NCBI RefSeq assembly: GCF_009914755.1
Contig: NC_060942.1
Strand: one strand, 5' to 3'
DNA: 64,000 bases
Origin: the human T2T-CHM13v2.0 reference genome, Homo sapiens
This document shows, piece by piece, positions 1 to 14,127 of this stretch (positions are counted from its first letter, which is position 1; every line of letters begins with the position of its first letter). The notes under the pieces were generated by a model. It was not told where the DNA came from and made no database searches. It saw only the letters and a list, made by a program, of their open reading frames with translations. The position numbers and the translations under genes were made by a program.

Positions 1-585
1 TTCCATCTTAACTAAAAATGTATCATGCACTTTGGCTGTAACTTTTGCAGTTTGAGGTGCGACAGCAAAACTAGATTTCTTTTTCTGTCTTCACAATTCA
101 TAGATATATTTGTTCTTACCACAGATCTTAGCAACTTTGGCATACGGGGATTTTTTTCTTTCCTTATTAAATAGAGAACTTTCAGATTTTCACCTAAAGG
201 AAGCACTCGAAGGCTTCTCCTTGGCGTATGCAAATTTCTACCATCACTACTTTTATGCTTTGAGGCCATTATTAAGTAAAATAAGAGTGACTTGAACTCA
301 AGCACTGCATGACAGTCTATCTGATAACCTAGATGGCTCCTAAGTGACTAACTTAGGGTGGGGAGCTTAGACAGCAGGGATCTGCTGGACAAAGGGATGA
401 TTCACGTCCCAGGCAGGACAGAGCAGGATGGCACAAGATTTCATTATGCAACTCAGAACAGCATGTAATTTAAAACTGAGGAATTATTCATTTGTTGAAT
501 TTTTCATTTAATATTTTTGGATCGTGGTTGACCACAGGTAACTGAAACCTCAGAAAGCAAAACCACAGATAAGTGAGGACTACTG
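1..585 (-). mobile_element. Tigger4-like (Tc1/mariner-pogo) DNA transposon with N-terminal transposase remnant
   Basis: TIR ...gataagtgaggactactg followed by TA; ORF 12..305 MASKHKSSD...VLPLGENLKVLYLIRKEK resembles the Tigger HTH_psq N-terminus. Confidence 0.8.
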
Positions 586-586
586 T

Positions 587-1322
587 ATGTATCAATGGAA
601 TAGGATTGAGTGTTCAAGAAATAAATTCATACCTTTATGGTCAATTGATTTTTGCAAGGTTGCTAAGGCAACTCAGTGGGGAAAGAACAGTCTTTTCAAC
701 AAATACTGCTGGAACAACTGGATGTGCCCATCTCAAAGGATGAAGTTGGACCCATCCCTTGTGCCACATATGAAAATTAACTCAAAATGAACCAAAGACT
801 TAAATGTAAGAGCTAAAATGATAGAACTCTTAGAAATCGTGAAAAGATGTTTAAAATCACTAATAATCAAAAAAATACAAATTGAAATAAGAAATTGTAT
901 TTTATTTCTCCAATTGATGAAAGAAATTCTAAAGGCCAGTACAGGTTCAGTTTGGAGGACACAGAACATGGATACACATTTTATGATTATGTGTATTGGC
1001 CCGTTCTGGAAAGCAGCTTGGCAATCTGAATCAGTGTTAAACTGTTTAACTCAGCAATTTCATTGAAAAGGGATTATCCTAAAGACATATTGGGTAAGGA
1101 TACAAAGTTGTACATGCAAGGATGCTCATCTAAGTATTTTAAAGAAGAGCAAGAAATTGAGAGTAAAATAAATGCTTATTTGTCAGGGTTTGGTTATAAA
1201 CAGATATACAATAAAGTAATAAGCAACCATTAAAATCATTGATTGATAGGTATATTTTATTGACATAGAAAAAATGTTGAGAATTTATTAAGGTAAAACA
1301 ATTAGGCAACAAAATAATATAT
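587..1322 (+). mobile_element. Old L1M fragment (ORF2 3' part and 3'UTR)
   Basis: QWNRIE...AKATQWGKNSLFNKYCWNNW is degenerate L1 ORF2. Confidence 0.75.
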
Positions 1323-4300
1323 TTTTTCTTTTCTTTTTCTTTCTTCCCAACTTTTATTTTAGGTTCAGGGAGTACATATGCACATGTGCAGGTTTTATAC
1401 GGGTAAACTCTGTGTCATGGGGGCTTGGTATACAATTTATGTTGTCACCCCGGTAATAAGCATAATACCTAATAGGTAACTTTTCGATCCTCACCCCCCT
1501 CCCACCCTTCACCCTCAAGTTAAGCCCTGGCTTATGTCGTTCCCTTCTTTACATCCATGTATACTGAATGTCTGCCTCCCACTTATAAGGGAGAACATGG
1601 CATATTTGGTTTTCTTTCTGCGTGAATTTGCTTAAGATAACAGCCTCTAACTCCATCTATATTGCTGCAAAGGACATTTCCTTTTGTTGCTGTCTAGTAT
1701 TCCATGGTATATATGTACCACATTTTCTTTTTCCAGTCCACCGTTGATGGGCATTTAGGTTGGTTCCATGTCTTTGCTATTGTGAATAGCACTGCAATGA
1801 ACATACATGTGCATGTGTGTTTATGATAGAATGATTTATATTCTTTTGGGTATATACTAAGTAATAGGATTGCTTAGTTCAATGGTAGTTCTGCTGTAAT
1901 TTATTTGAGAAAACTCCAAACTGCTTTCCACAGTGGCTGAACTAATTTACATTCCCACCAACAGTGTGTAAGTGTTTCCTTTTCTCTGCAACCTCACCAT
2001 CATCTGTTATTTTTTGACTTTTTGATAATAGCCATTCTGACTGGTATGAGTTGGTATCTCATTGTGGTTTTGATTTCATTTATCTAATGATTAGTGACGT
2101 TGAGCATTTTTTCATATGCTTATTGGCTATGTGTATGTCTTCTTTTGAAAAGTGTCTGTTCATATCCTTTGCTTATTTTTTAATGGGGTTATTTTTGTTT
2201 ATTAATTTAAATTGCCTATAGAGTCTAGATATTAGACTTTTGTCAGATGCATACTTTGCAAATATTTTCTCCCATTCTGTAGGTTGTCTGTTTACTCTGT
2301 TGATTACTTCTTTTGCTGTGTAGAAGCTCTTTAGTTTAATTAGATCCTACTTGTGAATTTTTGCTTTTCTTGCAGTTGCTTTTGGAGTATGTCATGAATT
2401 CTTTGCCAGGGCCCAAGTCCAGACTGGTATTTCCTAGGTATTCTTCTGAGGTTTTTATAGTTTTAAGTTTTATGTTTAAGTCTTAATCCATCTTGAGTTG
2501 ATTTTTGTATATGGTTAAAGGAGGGGGTCCAGTTTAAATCTTCTGCATATGGCTAGCCAGTTATCCTAGCACCATTCATTGAATAGGGAGTCCTTTCCTC
2601 ATTGTTTGTTTTTGTCTACTTTGTCAAAGGTCAGATGGTTGCAAGTGTGTGGCCTTATTTCTGGGTTCTCTCTTCTTTTCCATTGGTCTATGTGTCTGTT
2701 TTGTGCCAGCACCATGCTGTTTTGGTTACTGTAGCCTTGTTGTATAGTTTGAAGTCTGACAGTGTGATGCCTCCAGCTTTGTTCTTCTTCCTTAGGATTG
2801 TTTTAGCTATTCAGGCTCATTTTGATTCCATATGAATTTTAGAATTGTTTTTTCTAATTCTGTGAAAAATGTCCTTGGTAGTTTGATAGGAATAACACTG
2901 AATCTATACATTGCTTTGGGCTGCATGGTCATTTTAATGATATTGAGTCTTCCTAACCATGAACATGGAATGTTTCTCCATTTGTCGGTGTCAGCTCTGA
3001 TTTCTTTGAGCAATGTTTTGTAACTCTCATTGAAGAGATCTTTCACCTCCCTGGTTAGCTGTATTCCAAGGTAGTGTGCGCGTGTGTGTGTGTCTATTGT
3101 TAGTGGCACTGCATTCTTGATTTGGCACTCAGCTTGGACATTATTAGTGTATAGAAATGTTACTGATTTTTATACATTGATTTTTGTATCCTGAAACTGT
3201 GCTAAAGTTGCTTATCAGATCTAGGAACTTTTGGGCAGAGACTATGGGGTTTTCAAGGTATAAAATCATATCATTTGTGAAGAAAGATAGTTTGACTTCC
3301 TCTCTTCCTATTTGAATGCCTTTTCTTTCTGTCTGTCTTTCTTTTTTTTTTTTTTTTTTCTCCCCCTGATTCCTCTGGCTAGGACTTTCAGTGCCATGTT
3401 GTTAAATAGGAGTGATAAGAGCATCTTCATCTTGTCCTGGTTCTCAAGGTGAATGCTTCCAGCTTTTGCCCGTTCAGTATGATATTGGCTATGAGTTTGT
3501 CACAGATGGCTCTTATTATTTTGAAGTGCATTCCTTCAATGCCTAGCTTGTTGGAAGTTTTATCATGAAGGGATGTTGAATTCTATCCAAAGCTTTCTCT
3601 ATATCTGTTGAGATGATCATGTGCTTTTTGTTTTTAGTTCTGTGTATGTGATGAATCACACTTAATGATTTGCATATGGTGAACCAACCTTACATCCTAG
3701 GGATAAAGCCTACTTGATTGTGATAGCTTCACTTTTTGATGTGCTGTTGGATTAAGTTTGCTAGGATTTTCTTAAGAATGTTTGAAAATATGTTCATCAG
3801 GGATATTGGCCTGAAGTTTTCTTTTTTTGTTGTGTCTCCACCAAGTTTTGGCATCAGGATGATGCTGGCCCAATAGAATGAGTTACGGAGGAGTCCCTCC
3901 TTCTCATTTTTTCGTAATAGTTTCCATAGGATTGATACCAGCTCTTCTTTATATATCTCATAGAATTCAGATGTAAATCTGTCTGACCCAGGGCTTTTTC
4001 TGGTTGGTAGGCTATTTATTACTGATTCCATTTTGAAACTTGTTATTGGTCTGTTTGGGGTTTCTATTTCTTCCTGGTTCAATCTTGGTGGGGTAGTATG
4101 TTTCCAGGAATTTATCCATTTCTTCTAGGTTTTCTAGTTTGTATGCATAGAGGTGTTTGTAATAGTTCCTGAGGGTTTTTTATATTTCTGTGGGTCGATG
4201 GTATTTTGTCGTTTCTGAGTGTGTCTATTTGGATCTTCTCTATTTTTTTAATTAGTCTAGCTAGTGGTCTATCAATCTTATTCTTTCAAATAACCAACTT

Positions 4301-4532
4301 TTGGTTTTGTTGATCTTTTGTGTGGTTTTTCATGTCTCACTTTTATTCAATTCAGCTCTAATTTTGATTATTTCTTTTCATCTGCTAGCTTTGGAGTTGT
4401 TTTGTTCTTGTTTTTCTAGTTCCTCCAAGTTTGATGTCAGTTTGTTAATTTGAGGTCTTTCTTTTTGATGTGGGCATTTAGCACTATAATCTTCTCATTT
4501 AATACTGCTATTGCTGTGTCTCAGAGATTCTG
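1323..4532 (-). mobile_element. 5'-truncated L1 (older L1PA, about L1PA13-16)
   Basis: Poly-T end, L1PA 3'UTR, ORF2 remnants ([13 protein letters not shown]..., [14 protein letters not shown]..., [11 protein letters not shown]). Confidence 0.93.
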
Positions 4533-6359
4533 CCTTTTTATAAAAATGAGAAGATCTATAATCTCATTTTGTAAAAAGGCATAATCAATCTCAAAACGTT
4601 AAAATATTTATCTCTGGATGTCGCAATTAGAGCTGATCTTCATGCTTTTCTTTTATATCTGTGTTTTTTTTTTTAGTTTTCTGCAATGAGTTTCCATTCT
4701 ATTTGCAATTTTTAAAATATATGGATGGCACTTGGAAAAAAGAGCCCCTTTCTTAACAAAGAAGTATGCAGCTATTTATCTATTCTACTAATTCTCATGT
4801 AGTAGCCTCACTTGCAAAATAACATGTGATTGGAAAAGCCCCTCTACTCCCACAAGTCTACCATTCCCCTATAACTGACACTGAAATTTCTTTAAGAGAA
4901 AACAAGACCATGGAGCCATATTTGACAATAAAATTACATTTTTCTAGGAAAAGTAACACATAACTCAAGCACTGAGGGTATATCTTATCTTATTCCTATC
5001 CATTCCTCTTAATACCTTTCTCTTTTGCCTCTATTCCTTCCTCAACACCAGTATACTTTGCTCAATTGTCTGTTGAATGAATTAACAAGCTCTGATTATA
5101 GATTAATCAGAGAATTTTCTTAAAGCTGATTTTGATAGGAAGATATGGAGAGCCCATGAACACGGCATACCTAAGACAAGGAAGAGAAAATGCACAATAG
5201 AATAATAAGCAGCCATTTAAATTGTTAATGAATATGTATATTGTATGGATATGACAAGTATCCAAATCTTATTATTAAGGTTAAAAAGAAAACAACTATG
5301 CATTCCTGCCTCAGCCGGGGAGTACGGAAAAGGGAAATTTAACATCCAGTGGGAAAACTTGAGTTGCTGAAGTTGAAATTTGTCTCCCCCTCTGCTTTTT
5401 CTTGGGTCAAATCTGGCTGTATACTTCCTTCAATATGCTACAGTTTGATTTTTCCTCTTATAAATGTGTCTGAGAAGTACATCATGCACTCCAAACAGCT
5501 TCTGGGCTGAAAACAATCTGAACATTTAGACCAACAATTATATGCTAATCCAATAATTTTAGATTGGCTGGTAGATGTCAAGGAGCATTATTAGACAGCT
5601 TTCTCCTATTACTCTAGCCTATGGAAAGAGGTTCTAATCTTTTTATAATTTGGATTGATGACTCTAAGTTACTGAATAATCCCAAAGACTCTAAATCCTT
5701 TAATGTAAAACAAATCATAACAACCAGCATTCTCAGTTAACTGGTGGTAATCCTTTGTAGTATAAAACACAAGCCTGAGAAATCCTTCCATGCTCACTTT
5801 TAGTTGGAACCCTCTGGAGAAAATGCCTGTCTGACCCAGGGAAGAGATGTATTTTTTCCTCCCAACAAACTCCCTGGCGACATGCATCTGTCAATACAAC
5901 TAAAGCCTACCCCACCCCAAATGGAGCAAAAATCAATAGCTTTGCTTCCTATCTCCTTCAAGAGAGTGCTTAGAGCATTAAAACAGCACATAAAAGATAA
6001 GAGATCAACTGCTTTTATTACTTGTCAACTGCTTGAGCTACATTTCATAACAATTTTGGACACACTTCCAACAGCCACAAAAGAAGGTCCCTAGACGTAC
6101 TACATTATGCACGTGTCCAAGAAAACAGGCAGCTTGTAAAGCCCCAGAGAGAAAATGCCAAGGACTGAGGCAACTGTCTCAAAAGCTCCTCCTTCCCTTC
6201 CAGGTGTTAAACTAAAGCACACACATTTTCATATACTATCCATGTGTCACCCAGGCACAAAGGAGATTGACATTGCAAGAAATCAGTAAGGAGTATATTT
6301 AGTTTCACTTCTGAAATGCTCAATTAAATGTGGCTATAAGTTCATAAATTTTTTTTTTA

Positions 6360-6498
6360 AGTTGGGCACACATCTGTAACCCCAGCTGCCTGGGAGGCTG
6401 AGGCAGGAGGACTATGTAAGCCCAAGAGTTTGAGACCAGCATGAGCAATGTAGCAAAATCCCATCTCTTAAAAAAAAAAAAATTAATTAAAAAAAAAA
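6360..6498 (+). mobile_element. Alu monomer (FLAM/AluJ-like)
   Basis: ctgtaaccccagc..gggaggctgaggcag..gagtttgagaccagc with A tail. Confidence 0.8.
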
Positions 6499-9219
6499 TT
6501 TAAAAACTTGAGTAAAGTTAATGTACCATACAAGTTTCACATCTCCAAGTGTAAGCTATTTCCCAAGGTGGAAGAAGAAGGATTGCTTGTCATGTAATTC
6601 CAAGAATCACTAATGAGACAGCCTTAACTTTCTATTCTATCCCTTTCATGAGAAATCGATGCCCCTGGACCATTGCCTATGCCAGCTCAATTATCCTCAA
6701 AGATTTAACCTCATAATATTTTATCTTATTCTGAATCTGCCCTTCGAAATTATTCTTGCCACCAACTGTATTTTTGAAACCCCATGAGATATAGGGTGTG
6801 GAATTTTTTAAAGAGAAGCACTACTTGACTGTTGCAATGGGGGAGAGATGTATTTACTAGTGGTGCATGTAAAGCACCTGGTGCCCATATGTCTATCTAA
6901 CAGAGGATCCATTTTTAGTTCTAACGCTGATCAGAAAGTGACTTTTGCTGTCAATAGTAATGACAGTTAAGAGTAGATCATGGAAAATACAAGGGAAGAT
7001 GGCCAAAGCCCTGAAAGCAATTGGATTGAGGATCAAAGAGCTGTCAGAACAAACAGCTGGCATCCCATTCTTGGGATAATAATAACAACAGTTTTCAGAG
7101 CCTTCTGGAGATAATAAGCTTCATTAGGCAAACAGTATAAGTGAAAGAATATCTTGCTTCTTCTTAAAAACAAAATCTTTTGTTTTTCTACCACTGGGTT
7201 TCATGATGGAAGCAAATGAAATCTCTGGATACACGAGTATGGGGGAAAAAAGCATAAGAAATTCTTCAGAGAATAATCACATTTTATATAGTGGAAAAAG
7301 AGATGCCCAGAGTAGACAAGAACAGGGCCTCTTCTCTTTACATTCTCTCATCATTTTCTTACTGAGAAACTTTCTACCAGAACCGCACTTTTGATTTGTT
7401 GTGTATATTTAAGTGTATAGAAAACTTGTGTGACTTTCATTCCGAAGTATGAGTTCAATCATTACGAACTAATATATCCTCACAAATTTCTGAAGTAACA
7501 GCTACCTCCAGATTGCATTGGGGACAGATATCTGAACACAGGGGACCCAAATGACTATAGCATTTAGGATTCTAGCACCAGGAGGGAACTGTTCCAACTG
7601 CAAAAAGAATGTTACTCCAGAAAATCACCCACCTCCTAGTACGTTACCTTGGCAGGATTTTTAATCTGTCTGGGAGAACTCATTGCATTTAGTTCAGTAC
7701 TTAGATGACAAAGATGTGATTCTTTCTAAGCAAAGCCTAGAAAAGAAGGCCTATTTTTAAGAACCTTATCTGCCTATGTGAACAAGCAAGGTTTCCAGCA
7801 GAGCTGAGTTCTTTGTATTGACTTGAGAAGTGACTCCATGCATAAGCATAGCCAGCCTCTGAGATAAACAAGTCTGAGATGTAACTGGTTAGTAAAGCTT
7901 TTCAGTGAAGCAGGCATCGTTTTCTTCTCCCTCTTTAGTGTTTCATAGTTATTAACATTCAAATATAGTCACAATTTCTAAGCCAAATACTAATTTTTAT
8001 GATCTGATATTTTAGATGAACTGCATTACTCCTGCCTCTGTGGGAAGAGATAACAGATCAGTGTTTCACCAGGTTTTTGTAGCTGCTTTGCTCAGAGGTC
8101 AAATTCTTGCTCCTCTCTAAAAGTATCAGTAATTGTGCAATAGATTGCAAAGACTTTCATCCAACAAGCTTGTGTGAAATACTATTACATGCTAGACACT
8201 GGATGCAAAACAATGAGAAAAACAAAGTCCTTGACCTCCAAATACCCTAGAAGAAATGGTCAAAAACACAGATTGCACTATAGAAATATACATACCATAT
8301 TAGAGATATGAACAAGACCCATGCGAATCTACAGGAGCTGGTGGTCAGAGTGACTATTTCAATGTGGTTTACCAGTTATAGATAATATTTTGGGGCCCAA
8401 GAAATATTTTTGTGCTGTTGCTCAGTGTTCTGCTGGAATCTATCTGCTTTCCTAGGCAGGGCTTTACTGCCAGAGAGGACTTTACAAGCTTAAATCAAGT
8501 GTTAATACCACTATTACTATTCATCAGGCTGAAGGGTTATTTTTCTTGAATTCATCTTTAGGCGTCTCCTCTGCTAATTCAATGTCAGTGAGGTCTTTGG
8601 CTTCATAAGGATGTGAAGCAATAGAGTTACATAGGTTGGTAGATGAATAAAAAGAAGTGATACCAGAATGTAGACTTAGAGAAATTAGGATGAAATGGGA
8701 AAAAGAAATGAGAAGACTGGTTAAGAGCTCTTTCAGAAATTTATTAATAATGAATGTGCACAAAACTACTATCTGTACAATCATGTCTCAATTTATGTGT
8801 TATGTGCCATCTTAAAAACTGGACTGTGAAGTAATATTTGAGTCAAATTCTATTTCAAATGTACCTCAAGGCAATTTAAAAAAATAGTTTGGAAAATGTC
8901 TCTGTAAAGCAGAGACTCTTATAATGTGAATAATCATTTCCCTATTGTATGTCTTGTAAGTTGGAGTTTTGTCAGGTTTGCTTAATGAACGACAAACTGC
9001 ACCTTCTATTTATGTTAAATAAATAAGTAATATTGAAGAGTATGCTGGAAGACTTCATCTTTCTGTGCAGTCTAGTCATTAGGTGCATGAGATCAGTTGC
9101 TCTAGTTCTGAATCACTTGCACCAAATAGACCAGTATCCCAGAAAATAGTCAGAATAGGAGGGGCAGTCTCTGCTCCAGGAAACCTTAGGTAAAAAACAA
9201 AACAGAAAGTGTTATCTAA

Positions 9220-9392
9220 GCCAGCACTTTTCAAAATTTAACTCATACATAAAGCACCTGGATTTTGTTAAAATGCAGATTCTAATTCAGGCGGTCTGGG
9301 GTGAGGCACAAGGTTCTGCATTTCTAACAAGTTCCTGGGTGCTGATGCCAATGCAGCTGGTCCATTTACCACGCTTTAAGCAGCAAGGATCT
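9220..9392. mobile_element. MER5A-like hAT MITE
   Basis: cacctgga..ttgttaaaatgcagattct...ctgcatttctaacaagttcctgggtgctgatg. Confidence 0.6.
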
Positions 9393-10723
9393 AAGCTAAG
9401 CTGACGAAATAAATGGCAAGAAGCATGTGTTGTACTCTGCAGTTTATCAGCAACTTGAATATCCAGGCAAAATATATTTGAGGTTTCCAAACCATATCAG
9501 TGATGAAACAGGCAGAAAAAAAGGGGGACTCGTTGAGACAATGTTTTCTGTTTCCTCCTGTTTTCTCATGTCGCATTCCCATCCCCATCCTCTCTTCTGT
9601 AGGAGGGGGCGCTCTGTTTAGTACAGGGAGTCGGCTACCATAACATTTCCAGCAGAGTCTTCCTATTTCACAACAACAGTGAAAAAGCAGGGTAACTGGG
9701 GAACGGTCAAAGGTTTAGCTTTGATCTCCCACAATATCATTCCTCTGAGCCTCCTATGCTCACTCTTTCAAAAAAAAATTAATGCAATGCCTTTTACTCT
9801 GGCTTCTTCCTCTCTTGAGATGTCTCTGGAACAATAGAGAGGTGCTGGATATGCTAAGTTTTTCCTTTGAACTAAGGCAAAAGGAGTACCTAAGCCCCAG
9901 AATACCTCTAGGCTCTAAGCACTGTATCAACTTTGAAACTAACTATGAGATTATAGTTCTATATTTTTAGAAACACATCTTTAACTGAAAAATTGTGGAT
10001 AAGCCATTGCACCAACTTTTTAAAAGCCATGGCCCCAAAACAGGCACATAAAGAACTTCACCCTCTCTGGGCCTCAGAATAATTTCTGTACCTTGGTTTT
10101 CTCAACAGTCAGAGTAATCCATAAGAAGACACACCTCATATTGCCATTGTAAGGCTCCCATTTCTACATGGTTTAGAGAACTCCTTAAAACCACAAATCA
10201 ATCATGACACTCAAAAGGATTTAACTTCCAATCAGTAGAAGTAAATTGCAGAAAAAATATTCAAAATCAAAATATTGCCACTTAGAAATTGCAGATCGCT
10301 ATTCTACAAGCTGAAAAAAAATCAGTATATCAGAATTGTTTTTTCAAAGATATATCAGGCAAAAGTAGGATATAAGAGCAAAAATTCTTGCAAATGGCAT
10401 GCCATGCCAATTAATTCTACATTTATTTCTTCTTAAAATCTCTTTTTTGTATGATGACTATTTTATGCTTCAAAGGAAAACCAGCGTATACAAAACAATT
10501 TCTATTGCTAAATACCCTTTCTGTGTGCACAAAACCACTATAAGAATACACATTCACTTAGGATAGATATCAATATTATATGTACTAATATACTGTAGAT
10601 GCTCATAAATATTAAAGATATGCAGAGAAGGATACAGGAACATAATTTTTAGGTGACATTTTTTACTAATGTGGTTTTTATTGTAAAACATAACCTGTGT
10701 GTGTTTCAATAGATATGCCATAT

Positions 10724-10737
10724 CTGCCCTCTAGTGG
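10724..10737 (-). promoter_or_regulatory. CTCF core motif
   Basis: CCACTAGAGGGCAG on minus, 14/14 match to CCASYAGRKGGCRS, in unique sequence. Confidence 0.6.
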
Positions 10738-12759
10738 AAAGATGGGATTAGCACTTCAAGCTTGCTGTTCTGGTTTCCACAACAGAAATTTGCCTGCAAC
10801 TAGAGGAACATCGTTACTGAACTACCAGAGGAGTACGGATTCCGTCCTGACTGACCATGTTATGCTAGGAAAAAGACACATCTGGGTATGTCTTTCAGTT
10901 AGTTGAGTAGGCTCTGCAGAGGTATGAGATATGAGAGACCAGAGAAATGGAGAGGCCTTGGGTAAGAGCTCAAGCGGAAGCCATTATGCCCATCCACTTG
11001 GTCACATGACAATGTTCTAGACGCCAAGGGATCATTTTGGGCACAGCACGTATCCTTCACTCAGACTGTCCTCTGGCCCAAGAAGCTCTGGTCTTCTGCT
11101 AGAATTTTAGAAAGCTGAGAGCTGCTCATAAAAACCGATTTATTTTCAGGGTTATCATGGAAGCAGAAGGTAGCACTGCCCTGGAACCAAGAGGGTGTGA
11201 CACAAAGCTAGGGGAATGATGTCCCCTCACTTCCTCTGTCAGCACAGCATGGCACCATCACATCAAGGGCACTGGACATGAAATAGCCTCAACAGTGTCA
11301 GTGTTTTAGCACAGGGCAATAACTACAGGACCCTTTAAGGATGGCACAGCACAACTTCAGGGGCCAAGAGCAAATATTGGTAACCAAGAGCTGCTTAGCA
11401 AGCAGCAGCACCAGAACCAAAAACAAGGCACCATTCATTGCAGGGAACCACATCACCAGTGACCTTGGCAGAACAGGTCAGGATATGTTGTCGAAGAGAA
11501 GGAAAATGGAAACATCTTGTGGTGGCTGACAGGATTATATTCATAAGCAGCATGAGATACTCTCTGAAGATCGCTAGAAATAACTGGCTTTTAGAAGATC
11601 CTAAAATTGCAGGACAGGAAAGAGCCAGACAAGTAGTATTTAGACTACTATTGTGAGCAAGCTAATGTGGCTTGATAAAGAAAGTCCCATCAGTCCTGTG
11701 CACCATCTGGAACATTGTCATGACTTACCAATATGCAACGTAAATTTTCTTGCTGATAAGGCAGCAACAATTCTGATGAATGAACACACATCAAGAACAA
11801 AGGAAACAGAAGAAGGCTGGAAGAAACTAAATAGTTTGGTTAAGACTGGAAAAACCCAGGCTCCATAGAGAATAAACCCCAGAGAATCTTCAATCGTCTA
11901 AACCTCAAACATACAAGGAACCTGTCAGCATCTTCACTGTGTTAATTATTCCCACCATGGGAGTTCATGTTTTCTATGTTTCAATTGGGCTTTTCATTTG
12001 GGTATCGGAACTCCTTATCATCATTCATACCAAACTTGTCCCACAGGTTTTCACCTCTGGATTTTTCCATGCCACTTTAAAAATCTTTTTCCTCCGCAAT
12101 GTCTGGTACAAAGTAAGGGACCAATACATTTTAAATAAACATACTTTATAAGTTAAATATCTTCCCCAACACAGAAGGCAACCCATTCTTAAAACTTACA
12201 TGGAAATCAGGCCTCACTTCACTCCACCTGCTTTTTACATCTATTCCTTCAGAATTAGTTAGACATTAGGAATATCCCAGGAATAAGACATATCAAAATC
12301 ATCAGATGCTAAAATTCTCATCCATAATTTCTGCACTAAGTTTCCTAAAATCAGTGTGTATTACTTTTAACATCAAAGTCAAAAAACAAAATTTAAAAAA
12401 TCTTTTCAGCTTAAGTATCTTCTCATAAAACATTTTTACCTACATTTTTACTCTCTGTTAATGGTAGGGCCACACCTCCCAATCACACAGTATCAAACCT
12501 CAGGTGTTTCTGGATTCTTCCTTTCCCTGTTGCTCACCTCCCAGATGCAAACAGTCTCCAGATTACATTTGGGTTTTTTTCCCACCTTCATAAATTATCT
12601 TGCAAACATCTTTTTTTTTTTTCCATTTCCTCTGCCGCTACCCCACTGAAGATTCTATGACCTTATGGCTAGATAGCTACAATCTCCTGTTGCACTTCTA
12701 GCTTTTCCCTGCTACATCCTGAAAATATTGCAAGGTTAACCTTAACTTAAAAATATATA

Positions 12760-13065
12760 GGCTGGGGGTGGTTGTTCATGCCTGTAATCCCAGCACTTTA
12801 GGAAACTGAAGTGGGAGGATCCCTTGAGCCCAGGAGTTCGAGACCAGCCTGGGCAAAATAGCAAGACCCCATGTATATAAATAAAAAAAAATAGCCTGAC
12901 TTGCTGGCATGCACCTGTAGTCCCAGCTGCTTGGGAGGTTGAGGTGAGAGGATTGCTGAAGGCAAGGAGGTAGAGGCTGCAGTGAGCCATGATTGCAGCA
13001 CTGCACCTCATCCTGGGCAAGAGAGACCCTGTCTCAAAAAATAAATAGAAGATAAATAAATAAAT
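12760..13065 (+). mobile_element. AluJ-like
   Basis: Dimeric Alu with J-type ggaggattgctga motif. Confidence 0.9.
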
Positions 13066-13138
13066 ATACACGCACACACACACGCATAATTTCTTTGGTT
13101 TTGAGCAAATCACTACAGTCAAAACTGTCATTGGTCCC

Positions 13139-13509
13139 TGTATTAGTCTGTTGTCACACTGCTAATAAAGACATACTTGAGACTGGGTAATTTATAGAGA
13201 AGAAGAGGTTTGATGGACTCACAGTTCCATGTGGCTGAGGAGGTCTCACAATCATGGTGAAAGGTGAAGAAGGAGCAAAGGCACGTCTTACTCTTACATG
13301 GCAGCAAGCAAGAGAGTATGTGCAGGGGAACTGCCCTTTATAAAACCATCAGATCTCATGAGACTTATTCACTGTCATGAGAACAGGATGAGGGAAACCA
13401 CCGCCGCGATTCAATTATCTCCACCTGGTCCCTCCCATGACACACGGGAATTATGGGAACTACAATTCAAGATGAGATTTGGGTGGGGACCAAAAGCCTA
13501 ACCATATCA
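13139..13509 (-). mobile_element. THE1 solo LTR (MaLR)
   Basis: tgtattagtc...aaccatatca termini; perfect 5-bp TSD GTCCC. Confidence 0.92.
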
Positions 13510-13785
13510 GTCCCTCATTGCCTTGAATAAAAAATCCAAATGTTCCAGTTTGACAAATTTCTCTCCAGCTCCCACTTGGCATTCAGCTACCCTCCTAACT
13601 TCTACAGTCCCTCTTCTACCCGCCTCATCACCACCTTCTATGAATTCTCTGCTCCAAATAAATGGGCCTGCTCTCTGTTATTCATACAGACCATCTTATT
13701 TCCCCCAGTGAATTTATGTCACTCACTTTTCCATACTTTAACATTTTCTCCCACCTCCTCTCACTAAAAAAATCTTCCTCTTTCT

Positions 13786-14127
13786 GGCCGGGTGCGGTGG
13801 CTCTCACCTGTAATCCTAGCACTTTCAGAGGCTGAGGCAGGCAGATCACCTGAGGTCAGGAGTTCGAGACCAGCTCGACCAACACGGAGAAACCCCGTCT
13901 CTACTAAAAACACAAAATTAGCCGGGCATGGTGGCACATGCCTGTAATCCCAGCTACTCGGAAGGCTGAGACAGGAGAATCACTTGAACCAGGGAGTTGG
14001 AGGTTGCGGTGAGCCAAGATCGTGCCGAGCCGAGATTGTGCCATTGCACTCCAGCCTGGGCAACAAGAGCAAAACTCCATCTCAAAAAAAAAAGAAAGAA
14101 AGAAAGAAAGAAAGAAAAAGAAAGAAA
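13786..14127 (+). mobile_element. AluS with short internal duplication and GAAA tail
   Basis: Alu consensus; gagccaagatcgtgcc duplicated as gagccgagattgtgcc. Confidence 0.92.

Noticed and set aside
2807-4082. ORFs with reverse-transcriptase-like peptides
   Set aside because: Fragments of a decayed L1 ORF2, not a host gene.
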